Assembly (NCBI GenBank): GCA_018399975.1 | Contig: JAGYNU010000003.1 | Span: 1-41,977, forward strand | Length of the DNA: 41,977 bases | Origin: Candidatus Omnitrophota bacterium | Lineage (GTDB): Bacteria; Omnitrophota; Gorgyraeia; M55B152 | Direction of reading: 5' to 3' | Shown: one piece after another, positions 27,148 to 36,897 of the stretch | How positions within the stretch are numbered: position 1 is the stretch's first letter | Layout: the number at the start of each line of letters is the position of its first letter | Notes under the pieces: model-generated | What the model saw: the letters and a program-made list of their open reading frames with translations, nothing else | Told to the model about the DNA's origin: nothing | Databases searched by the model: none | Made by a program: the position numbers and the translations under genes

Positions 27148-28890
27148 ATGAAAGAAAGGAAAGTAAATGAGGGTATTGTGAATGTAAGGAAAAAGGGGAG
27201 TAACGTTTTTAGAGAAGGCCCACATATGTTGCCTGGAGTTTCTTTAATGCTTGCTGAGGGAGTTTTAAAATCAATTAAGGATTTAAAAAAGCCTTTTGTA
27301 ACTATAGTGAATTCGTATACCAATCAAATTCCTGGGCATGCCCACCTTGATCAATTAGGTGCTGTTTTAAAAAAAGAATTGGAAAAACAAGGTGTAAATG
27401 TGTGGTATGCTAATATTGGAGGCGCTGTCGGTGATGGTATTGCTATGGGGCATTTTGGAATGAAATATTCTTTACCATCAAGGGAACTTATTACTGACCA
27501 GATTGAAACTATTGTTGGGGCACATCCCACTGATGCTTGGATTGGATTAGGCAATTGCGATAAAATTGTTCCTGCGATGTATAACGCTATGGTAAGAATA
27601 AATATTCCTTCGATGTATGTAAGTGGAGGGCCTATGCTTAGTGGTTTAGACAACACGGATTTGATTTCTGTATTTGAAGCTGTAGGTAAATATAGTGTTG
27701 GTAAAATGAGCGAGAAAGATTTAAAAAAGTTAACTGAGATTGCTTGTCCTGGATATGGAAGTTGTGCAGGCATGTTTACGGCAAATTCTATGAATTGTTT
27801 AGGGGAAGTATTGGGTTTTGCCTTGCCTGGAAATGGAACAATACCAGCTACGCTTAGATTAAAAGGTAAGAAAAGACAATTTCAGTTAAATCCAAAAAGG
27901 ATAAATCTTATTAAAAAAGCAGCTAAGAAAATAGTTTTTCTTATGAAAAATAAGATAAGGCCATTGGATATTTTAAGCAAAGAATCTATTGATAATGCAT
28001 TTATTTTAGATATGGCTATGGGAGGGTCGACTAATACGGTTTTGCATTTATTAGCTTTAGCTCATGAGGCGGGTATTGGATATGACCTTAGTTATCTTAA
28101 TAAATTAGCTTCTACTACTGCAAATGTAGTAAAAATTTCTCCATCACGGCCAGAGATTCATGTTGAGGATGTTAACAGAGTAGGTGGGGTAGGAGCAATT
28201 TTGCGTTCTGTTTATGATGGTAAAAAATCTAAATTGAAACTTAAAGCTAAAACTATATATGGGACATTGGGTGATTATGTATTAAAGTCGCCTAAACCTG
28301 ATGGAGAAGTTATCCGTTCAGTGAAAAATGCTTTTTCTCCTGAAGGAGGATTGGCTGTCCTTTTTGGAAATATTGCTGTAAGTGGTTCAGTATTAAAGAC
28401 AAGTGGAGTAGATAAAGATATGTTTAAGTTTAAAGGCAAAGCTTTAGTTTATAATTCTCAAGAAGAAGCTTTAAATGCTATTTTGAAAAATAAGGTTAAA
28501 GATGGGGATGTAGTTGTAATTAAATATGAAGGGCCTAAAGGCGGGCCTGGTATGCAGGAGATGCTTTCTCCAACTGCTGCAATAAAAGGTGCAAATATAA
28601 GAGCAGCTTTAATCACAGACGGTAGATTTTCAGGTGGGACCAGAGGACTTTGTATAGGCCATGTATCTCCTGAAGCAGCAAGCGGTGGTGAAATTGGTTT
28701 AATTAAAAATAAAGACTTAATTGAGATAGATGTTGATAAAAAAGAAATAAATCTTAAAATTTCAAAGAAAGAGTTAAAAAATAGAAAAAAAGAGCAGGTT
28801 ATTTTTAAATCAAAAGTAACCGGAGGTTGGTTGGCAAGATATTCGGATTTTGTAGAAAGTGCTGATAAAGGAGCGATTTTATCACGCTAA
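27148..28890 (+). CDS. ilvD: Dihydroxy-acid dehydratase
   Basis: DGIAMGH, CDKIVP, GSCAGMFTANSMNC, GGSTN, GGPGMQEM, TDGRFSG, GHVSPEA. Confidence 0.95.
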   Translation: MKERKVNEGIVNVRKKGSNVFREGPHMLPGVSLMLAEGVLKSIKDLKKPFVTIVNSYTNQIPGHAHLDQLGAVLKKELEKQGVNVWYANIGGAVGDGIAMGHFGMKYSLPSRELITDQIETIVGAHPTDAWIGLGNCDKIVPAMYNAMVRINIPSMYVSGGPMLSGLDNTDLISVFEAVGKYSVGKMSEKDLKKLTEIACPGYGSCAGMFTANSMNCLGEVLGFALPGNGTIPATLRLKGKKRQFQLNPKRINLIKKAAKKIVFLMKNKIRPLDILSKESIDNAFILDMAMGGSTNTVLHLLALAHEAGIGYDLSYLNKLASTTANVVKISPSRPEIHVEDVNRVGGVGAILRSVYDGKKSKLKLKAKTIYGTLGDYVLKSPKPDGEVIRSVKNAFSPEGGLAVLFGNIAVSGSVLKTSGVDKDMFKFKGKALVYNSQEEALNAILKNKVKDGDVVVIKYEGPKGGPGMQEMLSPTAAIKGANIRAALITDGRFSGGTRGLCIGHVSPEAASGGEIGLIKNKDLIEIDVDKKEINLKISKKELKNRKKEQVIFKSKVTGGWLARYSDFVESADKGAILSR

Positions 28891-28908
28891 ATCTAAAAGT
28901 TAGTTGAG

Positions 28909-29673
28909 GTGATAAATATGGAAAGATTAAAATTAAGCCATGATTGGTTAAATGAAATTTTGCCGGCAGGATTACCTTATCCTAGTTCTACGTTAATCAG
29001 TGGTCCTGGTGGTTCAGGAAAACCTTTAATAGGTTTTGCTTTTGTTTATGATTGGTTAAAAGCTGGAGGCAATGTTATTTTTATTCCTCTCCAGTATCCA
29101 AAAACAGAGATAATTAAAGTAACATTAAAACAATTATATAATTTAAATGTTGAAGAATATAAAGGGCAGATAACTTATATTCAATTTAATCCTGATTTGG
29201 ATACATACAAAAAGATAAATGATGATACTATAGAAGCTAATTTATTGAAACCAGATGTATGGGATAAAGCAGTTGATGAAGCAGAGGATATTTTAAACAA
29301 AAAAACAGATTTAGGAACTTTAGTTTTTGGTTCAGCCTTAAATCTTTTATTATTTTCGCCTACATATAAAAGTCTCAGTTTGAATAAATTTGAGAAGGTT
29401 ATTAGAGAAGATAAAACGAAAACATATATGTTTAGTGTAAGCACGAGTGCTTTCGGCGAAGAAATAGAAAAATGGGAGAAATTGGCTGATAATTTGATGT
29501 TTGCCCATATGGAAAAACCAATGAATTTATATTTAAAGATAGTAAAAATGGAAAATCAAGAAAATATTTCCAAAGAAATTCAAATACCCATGAGTAAAGA
29601 AATGCTTGAAAGTATTAAAGAAGAAGCTGAAAATACAAGGCAAAGGCAAATTCCTAAATTGTCAAAAATTTAA
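28909..29673 (+). CDS. RAD55/KaiC-like RecA-fold protein with degenerate Walker motifs
   Basis: LNEILPAGLP...TLISGPGGSGKP and LADNLM, typical of the KaiC/RAD55 layout. Confidence 0.7.
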   Translation: MINMERLKLSHDWLNEILPAGLPYPSSTLISGPGGSGKPLIGFAFVYDWLKAGGNVIFIPLQYPKTEIIKVTLKQLYNLNVEEYKGQITYIQFNPDLDTYKKINDDTIEANLLKPDVWDKAVDEAEDILNKKTDLGTLVFGSALNLLLFSPTYKSLSLNKFEKVIREDKTKTYMFSVSTSAFGEEIEKWEKLADNLMFAHMEKPMNLYLKIVKMENQENISKEIQIPMSKEMLESIKEEAENTRQRQIPKLSKI

Positions 29674-29689
29674 AGATATAAAAAAGGCT

Positions 29690-30637
29690 ATGAATAAAGT
29701 GATATTGGTTTACAGTGATAATTTTAAGAGATTAGATTTTGGTTTTGGGCATCCTATGAGAGGAGATCGATATGCAAGAGCCTTAGAGGAGTTTGAAAAA
29801 ATAAATTTGTTAAACGATATTACTATTATAAATCCCGAAATTATTTCAGATAATATCATTAATCTTTTTCATACATCTGATTACATTGTAAAAGTCCAAG
29901 AGGTTAGTAAAACAGGACAAGGGTCTTTTGGGCAAGAAGTCCCTTCTAATAAAGGTATTTATGATATTGTTTTATTAAGTGTAAGTGCTTCTGTTACAGC
30001 GGCAGATTACCTATTGAAAAATAATAGTTTATATGATGTAGCTATAAATATTTGTGGCGGGTGGCATCATGCTTTTGAAAATACAGGAAGAGGATTTTGT
30101 ATATTTAATGATATAGCTGTGGTTGTTAATTATTTGCTAAAAAAAAAGAATATAAAGAAAGTTATGGTGATAGACTATGACGCTCATCATGGCGATGGGA
30201 CACAGCGTGCTTTTTATAGTAATTCTGAGGTTTATACTATTTCTTTTCACCAAGACCCATTAACGTTTTATCCATTTAAAAGTGGGCATGAAGAGGAAAT
30301 TGGAACAGGAGCAGGAGAAGGATTTAATAAAAATTTTCCGCTTTCTTCTATGTGTAACGACAATGAGTTTATTTCAAAAATTAATCAAATACCTAAGCTA
30401 ATTGACAATTTTACTCCAGAAGTTTTGGTTTTGCAAATGGGAGTTGATGGTTCTAAACAATGTACTATATCTAATATGCAGTTGACTAAAGATGCCTATG
30501 ATTATGCTTCAAAACTTCTTATGGATTTGCAAAAAGAATACAATTTTAAAGTTTTAGCTTTAGGTGGAGGAGGTTTTGTCCATCCTATGTTAGGACAAAA
30601 TTGGGGAGTACAAATTAAGAATTTCATAAGAAAGTAA
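29690..30637 (+). CDS. Histone deacetylase/AcuC family protein
   Basis: HPM, GGWHHA, GFCIFND, DYDAHHGDG, QMGVD, LGGGG. Confidence 0.9.
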   Translation: MNKVILVYSDNFKRLDFGFGHPMRGDRYARALEEFEKINLLNDITIINPEIISDNIINLFHTSDYIVKVQEVSKTGQGSFGQEVPSNKGIYDIVLLSVSASVTAADYLLKNNSLYDVAINICGGWHHAFENTGRGFCIFNDIAVVVNYLLKKKNIKKVMVIDYDAHHGDGTQRAFYSNSEVYTISFHQDPLTFYPFKSGHEEEIGTGAGEGFNKNFPLSSMCNDNEFISKINQIPKLIDNFTPEVLVLQMGVDGSKQCTISNMQLTKDAYDYASKLLMDLQKEYNFKVLALGGGGFVHPMLGQNWGVQIKNFIRK

Positions 30638-30687
30638 GTATATAGAGATTGAAAAACAAAAATAAAAGAGAAAGATAAATAGTAAAA

Positions 30688-30775
30688 ATGACAAAAGAGA
30701 AAGCCATAAATATAAGCAAAAATAAATGTGTTGGTTGCGGGATTTGCGAACAGTAGGTGTTATTTCCGTAGATAA
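30688..30775 (+). pseudogene. Ferredoxin gene remnant
   Basis: MTKEKAINISKNKCVGCGICEQ then TAG; the +1 frame continues RCYF, completing CxxCxxCxxxC. Confidence 0.6.
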
Positions 30776-30808
30776 GAAAATAGCGGATCTTTTATAAAGA
30801 TTACTCTT

Positions 30809-31486
30809 ATGGTAAGATACTATCCTAGATCAAAGGTTGAGTTTGGAGGTTTTGCAGCAAGGCATTACGATAGATTAATGGATATTATGACGCTTGGCAG
30901 ATATGGTTTATTTATAAAAAAGGCTATTCAATTAATGGAAATCAAGCCGTTTGACAGGATACTTGATTTAGGAACAGGTAGTGGCAGGAATGCTTATTTA
31001 ATGATGAAATATCTTTCTTCTGAAGGAAGATTGATTGGGATGGATATATCAAAAGAGATGATTCTTGCGTTTAAGAAAAAATGTGCCGGATTTGACAATG
31101 CTGAGGTTGTATACGCAAGAGCTGATAAGTCTTTGCCTTTTAGGGAGAGTTTTGATAAGGTTTTTATCTCTTTTGTTTTTCATGGATTTCCCCAGTTTGT
31201 TAGAGAGACAATTGTAGATAATGTTTGCAAGGTACTGAAGAAAAATGGGAAGTTTTACATTTTGGATTGGAACGAATTTGATTTGAAGAGTCTTCTCTTT
31301 TATCAGCGGACATTGTTTAAACTTATAGAATGCCCTTATGCTTTTGATTTTGTTCGCCGGGATTGGAAAAACATACTGGCAAATCATAAATTTGATAATT
31401 TTAAGGAACATTTTTTCTTTAAGGATTTTGTGAGATTATTAGAAGCCCAAAAAACTTATAATGAGAATAACAAGGAGGTGATTTAA
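30809..31486 (+). CDS. Class I SAM-dependent methyltransferase (UbiE-like)
   Basis: YDRLM, ILDLGTGSG, GMDIS, FDKVFISFVFH, LKKNGKFYILD. Confidence 0.9.
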   Translation: MVRYYPRSKVEFGGFAARHYDRLMDIMTLGRYGLFIKKAIQLMEIKPFDRILDLGTGSGRNAYLMMKYLSSEGRLIGMDISKEMILAFKKKCAGFDNAEVVYARADKSLPFRESFDKVFISFVFHGFPQFVRETIVDNVCKVLKKNGKFYILDWNEFDLKSLLFYQRTLFKLIECPYAFDFVRRDWKNILANHKFDNFKEHFFFKDFVRLLEAQKTYNENNKEVI

Positions 31487-31771
31487 ATGCCAAAAGTTGT
31501 ATTTGATTACGCAAAATGCTCAGGATCGAACGATTGCGTGGAAAGTTGTCCTGTCGATATCCTCAAGCTCAGTGAAAACGGAAAATGGTGCACGGCCGTA
31601 GATAAGGAAGTAGAAAATAAAGAAGCAGTTGAGAAATTCCATCAAGAAGTCGAGAATAAAGAACATGGAGAGGCAAACTTGAAGATAGAATTTAGTATGC
31701 CGAATTGTATTCAGTGTCGAGTCTGCGAAGCGGCCTGTCCAGAGGAGGCAATTACTATAGAAGAAGATTAA
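31487..31771 (+). CDS. Ferredoxin with split clusters and an insertion
   Basis: CSGSNDCVESCP and CIQCRVCEAACP; RBS AGGAGGT. Confidence 0.85.
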   Translation: MPKVVFDYAKCSGSNDCVESCPVDILKLSENGKWCTAVDKEVENKEAVEKFHQEVENKEHGEANLKIEFSMPNCIQCRVCEAACPEEAITIEED

Positions 31772-31805
31772 CGTGACTTTTAAAGTTATGTAAGATTTTA
31801 CAAAA

Positions 31806-31862
31806 TATGAAAGTTACTATAATTGAGGTAATAAAGAGGTAATTATGAAAGTTACTATAATT
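31806..31862 (+). repeat. 19-bp direct repeat of the MBL-hydrolase gene start
   Basis: tatgaaagttactataatt at 31806-31824 and 31844-31862; gaggtaat also occurs twice between them. Confidence 0.9.
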
Positions 31863-32483
31863 TATGATAATACTGTTTCCAATGAAGGCCTAAAATCTGA
31901 CTGGGGTTTTTCTTGTTTAGTAGAGGCAGAGAATACTCCCAGGATTTTATTCGACACAGGAGCTGATGGGGCAATTTTACTTAGCAACATGGAGCAATTA
32001 GGGATATCTCCATCTACAATTTCAGAAGTTTTTATTTCTCATTCTCATTTTGATCATACTGGAGGTTTATCAGCTTTTCTTGGTCAGAATAATAAAGTTA
32101 GAGTTTTTGTTCCTTCTTCTTTTCGAGGAGTCAAAAATGCAAAAGAAGTTGTAACAATAGAAGATTCTATTGAACTTCATGAAGGAATTTATTCAACAGG
32201 AGAATTAGAGGGAATTGAGCAATCACTTTGTGTTAAAACTGAAAAAGGTATAATGGTTATCGCTGGTTGCTCTCATCCTAAAATGGAAAATATTTTAGGG
32301 GCGGCTTCTAAATTCGGTAAAGTATGTGGAATAATTGGAGGGCTACATGGAACTCAACCAGAATCTTTAAAAGGTTTAGATTTAATATGCGCCACTCATT
32401 GCACTCAATATAAGCAAGAAATGAAGAAGCTTTATCCTTCAAGTTATATAGAAGGTGGAGCGGGTAGAGTTATTGAAATATAA
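31845..32483 (+). CDS. MBL-fold metallo-hydrolase
   Basis: WGFSCL, LFDTG, SHSHFDHTGG, GCSHP, GGLH, HCT. Confidence 0.92.
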   Translation: MKVTIIYDNTVSNEGLKSDWGFSCLVEAENTPRILFDTGADGAILLSNMEQLGISPSTISEVFISHSHFDHTGGLSAFLGQNNKVRVFVPSSFRGVKNAKEVVTIEDSIELHEGIYSTGELEGIEQSLCVKTEKGIMVIAGCSHPKMENILGAASKFGKVCGIIGGLHGTQPESLKGLDLICATHCTQYKQEMKKLYPSSYIEGGAGRVIEI

Positions 32484-32494
32484 GGTGATATTAT

Positions 32495-32746
32495 ATGCCG
32501 ATTTATAAATATCAGGCGAAAAATAAATCAGAAGGATGTAGTTATTGTAGAAATGGGTTTGAGATTTTACAAAACATAAACGATAAATCTTTAAAAGTTT
32601 GTCCTGAATGCGGATCTGAAGTTAGAAAAGTTTTTTCAGAATTTTCTTTAGGTTTTTCTAAAACTGAATTAGATAGAGAAGCTAAGGAAAAGGGCTTCCA
32701 TAAGTTAAAGAAGATTGATAAAAATAAATATAGAAAGTTGTATTGA
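32495..32746 (+). CDS. FmdB-family zinc-ribbon protein
   Basis: MPIYKY...CSYC...FE...CPECG. Confidence 0.88.
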   Translation: MPIYKYQAKNKSEGCSYCRNGFEILQNINDKSLKVCPECGSEVRKVFSEFSLGFSKTELDREAKEKGFHKLKKIDKNKYRKLY

Positions 32747-32784
32747 GAATAGCTGTTACTAATAATTAAATTAAAGGAGCTATA

Positions 32785-33846
32785 ATGAAAAAGGAGTCTT
32801 TAGGATTTTTACAAAGACTTATAGATTCTATAAGTCCTTCTGGTTTTGAGGAAAATGCAGTTAAAGTATGGAGTGAACGAACAGAAAAATTTGCTGATTA
32901 TATTAAGGTAGATATTTTAGGTAATAGTATGGCAGTTTTAGAAAATAATGAAGGCCCCAAAATTATGTTTGCTGGCCATATTGATGAAGTTGGCTTTATG
33001 GTAAAGTACATTAATAAAGATGGATATATATATTTTTCAACTATTGGAGGGATTGATCTTCATCTTGTTCCGGGACAGAGAGTTTGGATTAAAACAAAGA
33101 AAGGTAAGATTTTGGGAGTAATAGGTAAAAAACCTATACATCTTTTAGAAGAAGAAGAGAGAAAAAAGGTTTCGAAAATTGAAGGGTTTTGGATAGATAT
33201 AGGAATAAATGATAAAAAACAAGTTGAATCTATTGTAGATATTGGTGATCCTATTGTACCGGCAGTTGGCCTTGAAACTTTAAGTAAAGATATTATGGTT
33301 GGAAGGGGTTTTGATGATAAATCTGGCGCATTTGTTGTAAGTGAGGTTTTACGTGTCCTTTCAAAAAAGAAGTTTAAATCTTCTATTTATGGAGTTGCAA
33401 CTGTTCAGGAAGAAATAGGCCTTAGAGGTGCGAAAACTTCAGCATATGGAATATCTCCTGATATAGGTATTGCTATTGATGTTACATTTGCTTCGGATTT
33501 TCCTTCTGTAGATAAAAGAAAAACAGGAGATATAAAACTTGGTAAGGGCCCTGTTATAGCAAGAGGCCCTAATATTAATCCAAAAGTATTTAATCTTTTT
33601 GTTGAAACAGCTAAAAAAGAAAAAATACCTTATCAAATTGAAAGTATATCTAGAGCTACCGGTACCGATGCAAATGTTATGCAGCTTACAAAATCAGGAA
33701 TAGCAACTGGATTGATAAGTATTCCTAACAGATACATGCATACACCTGTGGAACTTGTTAGTATTAAAGATTTAGAAAATGTTGTAAAATTACTTAGTGC
33801 TTTTGTGTTAAGAGCCGAAAAAGAAAAAGATTTAGTATCAATATAA
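32785..33846 (+). CDS. M42 family metallo-aminopeptidase
   Basis: SPSGFE, AGHIDEVG, FDDKSG, VQEEIGLRGA, GTDA, RYMHTP. Confidence 0.95.
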   Translation: MKKESLGFLQRLIDSISPSGFEENAVKVWSERTEKFADYIKVDILGNSMAVLENNEGPKIMFAGHIDEVGFMVKYINKDGYIYFSTIGGIDLHLVPGQRVWIKTKKGKILGVIGKKPIHLLEEEERKKVSKIEGFWIDIGINDKKQVESIVDIGDPIVPAVGLETLSKDIMVGRGFDDKSGAFVVSEVLRVLSKKKFKSSIYGVATVQEEIGLRGAKTSAYGISPDIGIAIDVTFASDFPSVDKRKTGDIKLGKGPVIARGPNINPKVFNLFVETAKKEKIPYQIESISRATGTDANVMQLTKSGIATGLISIPNRYMHTPVELVSIKDLENVVKLLSAFVLRAEKEKDLVSI

Positions 33847-33879
33847 TTTATTTTGTGTAAAGAAAGGTTATTTTAATTT

Positions 33880-34365
33880 ATGGAGTTTAGATTTTGTCCT
33901 TTATGTAGAAATGCCTTAAAACAAAAAAAAGTAGATAATGTTAAAAGATTAGTTTGCTCGAAATGTGGATGGGTGTATTATAGAAATCCTTTACCTATAG
34001 TGATATGTGCAGTAAAAGATAAAGAAAATAAAATACTTGTAGCAAAAAGAAATACTAAGCCAAGTATAAATAAATGGGCATTGCCTGGAGGCTTTATCGA
34101 GTTAGATGAAACTCCTAAAGTTGCTTGTTTAAGGGAATTAAAAGAAGAAACAGGTTTAAAGGGAAAAGTAGAAAGGTTAATAGGCGTTTATATTCAAAAA
34201 TCTAAATATTATGGTTCACTTTTAGTTATTGGTTATGAAGTGAGTATTTCTGAAAATGGTTTATCATTGAATAGTGAATTGAAAGAAGCAAAGTTTTTTG
34301 ATAAAGAAAACTTACCTATTATCCCGTTTTTATCACATAGGAAAGTGATAAAAGAAGTGTTTTAA
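33880..34365 (+). CDS. NUDIX hydrolase with N-terminal zinc ribbon
   Basis: FCPLC...CSKC...YRNP; Nudix box PGGFIELDET...RELKEETG. Confidence 0.92.
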   Translation: MEFRFCPLCRNALKQKKVDNVKRLVCSKCGWVYYRNPLPIVICAVKDKENKILVAKRNTKPSINKWALPGGFIELDETPKVACLRELKEETGLKGKVERLIGVYIQKSKYYGSLLVIGYEVSISENGLSLNSELKEAKFFDKENLPIIPFLSHRKVIKEVF

Positions 34366-34370
34366 AAGAT

Positions 34371-34958
34371 ATGGAAGAATTAAATAGTTTAGAAGAAATT
34401 TTTGAAGCGGTAGAAAATTGTGAAAAATGTAAATTGCATGAGTTCAGGGATAAATGTGTATTTGCTGAAGGTAAAAACAATGCTAATATTATGTTAGTTG
34501 GTTTATCTCCTGGAAGGCAGGAGAATTTAAGTGGAAGGTTATTTGTTGGGCCTTCTGGAGATTTTTTGAATGAACTTTTGCAATTAGCTGGACTGGATAG
34601 GAATGAGCTTTACATAACCAATATTATAAAATGCCATGCTCCTACTTATGCAATAGGGCCAAAAGAAATATCTGCTTGTTCTATATATCTTGATAAACAA
34701 ATAGATATAGTAAATCCTAAAGTAATTATTGCATTAGGGTCTGTAGCTGGACGTTATATTTTAGAAAAATATAATATAGCCAATCAAAAAGTTTCAGATA
34801 TTCACGGACAGGTTTTTTCTGTTTCTATGAAGGATTTGTTTAGTCCAGATAGAACTTTAAAAATAATTCCTATGTTTCATCCAGCTGCAGCATTAAGGTC
34901 TGAGGGATTATTAGAATTGGTTAAAAAAGATTGGCAAAACTTAGGTGAAAAATTATGA
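34371..34958 (+). CDS. Family-4 (Fe-S) uracil-DNA glycosylase
   Basis: CEKCKL, GLSPG...FVGPSG, TNIIKC, FHPAAAL. Confidence 0.88.
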   Translation: MEELNSLEEIFEAVENCEKCKLHEFRDKCVFAEGKNNANIMLVGLSPGRQENLSGRLFVGPSGDFLNELLQLAGLDRNELYITNIIKCHAPTYAIGPKEISACSIYLDKQIDIVNPKVIIALGSVAGRYILEKYNIANQKVSDIHGQVFSVSMKDLFSPDRTLKIIPMFHPAAALRSEGLLELVKKDWQNLGEKL

Positions 34959-36214
34959 AAAATGATATTCTTAATTACATAGTTAAAAAAGAAAGTATTG
35001 GTATTAATCGATTGAAGAGTAATATTGCACAAGGGTCAGCTGTTATTTTAGCAAATAAAAATCATAAAAATATTCGGCCAGTAGCAATAGGCAAGGGATT
35101 AACAACTAAAGTCAATGCTAATATCGGAGCATCTTCTACAGATTTAAATTTAGAAGCAGAATTAAAAAAACTAAATGTAGCTGTAAAAGCAGGAGCAGAT
35201 ACAATAATGGATTTAACTATAGCTGATGATTTTAAAGATATTGACAAAATAAGAAAAGCTATTATCCAAAATTGCAATCAGCCATTAGGTACTGTTCCTA
35301 TCTATCAAGTAGCTATTGAATCTGGTTCTCTTAAGGATATGACAATAGAGAGTTATCTCAAAGTTTATGAAAAGCAGGCTAAAGAAGGTGTAGATTTTAC
35401 TACTGTGCATGCTGGAGTTACAAAAAAAGCTTTAGAGTTAGTTAGTAAAAGATTAATCCCTGTAGTATCAAGAGGTGGCTCTTTTTTACTTAAATGGATG
35501 TCTAAAAATAATAAAGAGAGTTTTCTTTATGAGTACTTTGATGAAATTTTGGATATTGCCAAAGAATATAATATGACTATAAGTTTAGGTGATGGATTAA
35601 GGCCCGGCTGTATTGCTGATTCTACTGATAAAGCTCAAATCTATGAATTAAAAGTTTTGGGTGAACTTACTTTAAAAGCAAGAGAAAAAGATGTGCAGGT
35701 TATAGTTGAAGGGCCGGGGCATATTCCGCTAAATGAAATTAAGAAAAATATCGAATTAGAAAAAGATATTTGCTCTAATGCTCCTTTTTATGTTTTAGGG
35801 CCTCTTCCAATAGATACAGCAGCAGGTTATGATCATATTGCGTGTAGTATAGGAGGAGCTTTAGCTGCTTATTATGGAGCAGATTTCCTTTGTTACGTAA
35901 CTCCGAAGGAACATATTGGTTTACCTGAAATTGAAGATGTTCATGAGGGAGTGGTAGTTACTAAATTAGCGGCACAAATTGCAGATATTGCGAAGGGAAA
36001 CAAAAAAAGAAATTTTGAGAGTAAATTAATGTCGGAAGCAAGAAGAAATTTTAAATGGAACGATATGGAAAAATACGCTCTTGACCCTAAGAAATTTGAA
36101 GATATGATTAAAGAGAGTCCCAGATTGACGAAAGGAGGTTGTTCTATGTGTGGCGACGAATTTTGTGCATTGAAAGTTTATAGAAAAAAAGAAAGGAGGA
36201 AAAATAGTAAATGA
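34955..36214 (+). CDS. thiC: Phosphomethylpyrimidine synthase ThiC (or BzaF-like paralog)
   Basis: KVNANIG, GTVPIYQ, VSRGGS, SLGDGLRPG, EGPGH, GYDHI, CYVTPKEH, CSMCGDEFC. Confidence 0.88.
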   Translation: MKNDILNYIVKKESIGINRLKSNIAQGSAVILANKNHKNIRPVAIGKGLTTKVNANIGASSTDLNLEAELKKLNVAVKAGADTIMDLTIADDFKDIDKIRKAIIQNCNQPLGTVPIYQVAIESGSLKDMTIESYLKVYEKQAKEGVDFTTVHAGVTKKALELVSKRLIPVVSRGGSFLLKWMSKNNKESFLYEYFDEILDIAKEYNMTISLGDGLRPGCIADSTDKAQIYELKVLGELTLKAREKDVQVIVEGPGHIPLNEIKKNIELEKDICSNAPFYVLGPLPIDTAAGYDHIACSIGGALAAYYGADFLCYVTPKEHIGLPEIEDVHEGVVVTKLAAQIADIAKGNKKRNFESKLMSEARRNFKWNDMEKYALDPKKFEDMIKESPRLTKGGCSMCGDEFCALKVYRKKERRKNSK

Positions 36215-36876
36215 AGTATGTGACTTCGCAACAGATGATGGAAATTGATAAACAGACAATAGAAAAATTTGGGATACCTTCTATTGTTTTGATGGAAAAT
36301 GCAGGTAGAAGTGCTGCTGAGGTCTCAATTAGTATGTTAAAAAATTCGAACAATAAAAAAGCAACTTGTATTTGTGGTAAAGGTAATAATGCTGGAGATG
36401 GTTTTGTATGTGCTAGGCATTTGGTTAATAAAGGGATTGATGCAGAAATTTTTTTGATAGGAGATTCTTTTAAATTGAAACCGGATGCTAAATTAAATTT
36501 TAATATTTTAGAAAAGATGAAGGTAAAAATTAAGGTTTTGAAAAACGATAGGGATTTTAAATTTTTAAAGGAAGAGTTGAAGAAAAGTCAACTTATAATA
36601 GATGCAATATTCGGTATAGGTTTATCTGGAGAAGTAAAACCACCTTATAGTATAGCTATTGATTTAATAAACCAATCTAAAAAATTTGTTTTAGCAATAG
36701 ATGTTCCTTCGGGTTTAGATGCTACAACGGGAAAGAGTTTAGGAGCTTGTATAATGGCAAAAAAAACAGTAACTTTTGGGCTACCCAAAGCTGGATTTAC
36801 TAAAAATGATGGCCCATTGAGTGTCGGGGAATTAGATGTGGTAGATATTTCTATCCCAAATCAACTTTTAAAATAG
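36211..36876 (+). CDS. nnrE: NAD(P)H-hydrate epimerase (YjeF N-terminal domain, stand-alone)
   Basis: LMENAG, CGKGNNAGDG, DAIFGIGL, AIDVPSG. Confidence 0.92.
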   Translation: MKYVTSQQMMEIDKQTIEKFGIPSIVLMENAGRSAAEVSISMLKNSNNKKATCICGKGNNAGDGFVCARHLVNKGIDAEIFLIGDSFKLKPDAKLNFNILEKMKVKIKVLKNDRDFKFLKEELKKSQLIIDAIFGIGLSGEVKPPYSIAIDLINQSKKFVLAIDVPSGLDATTGKSLGACIMAKKTVTFGLPKAGFTKNDGPLSVGELDVVDISIPNQLLK

Positions 36877-36897
36877 ATAAATAAAATAGGAGAATAA

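Noticed and set aside
30754-30756. Pyrrolysine or other TAG readthrough in the ferredoxin stub
   Set aside because: Readthrough gives VLFP then another stop, without the fourth Cys; a frameshift explains it better, and TAG ends several normal genes here.
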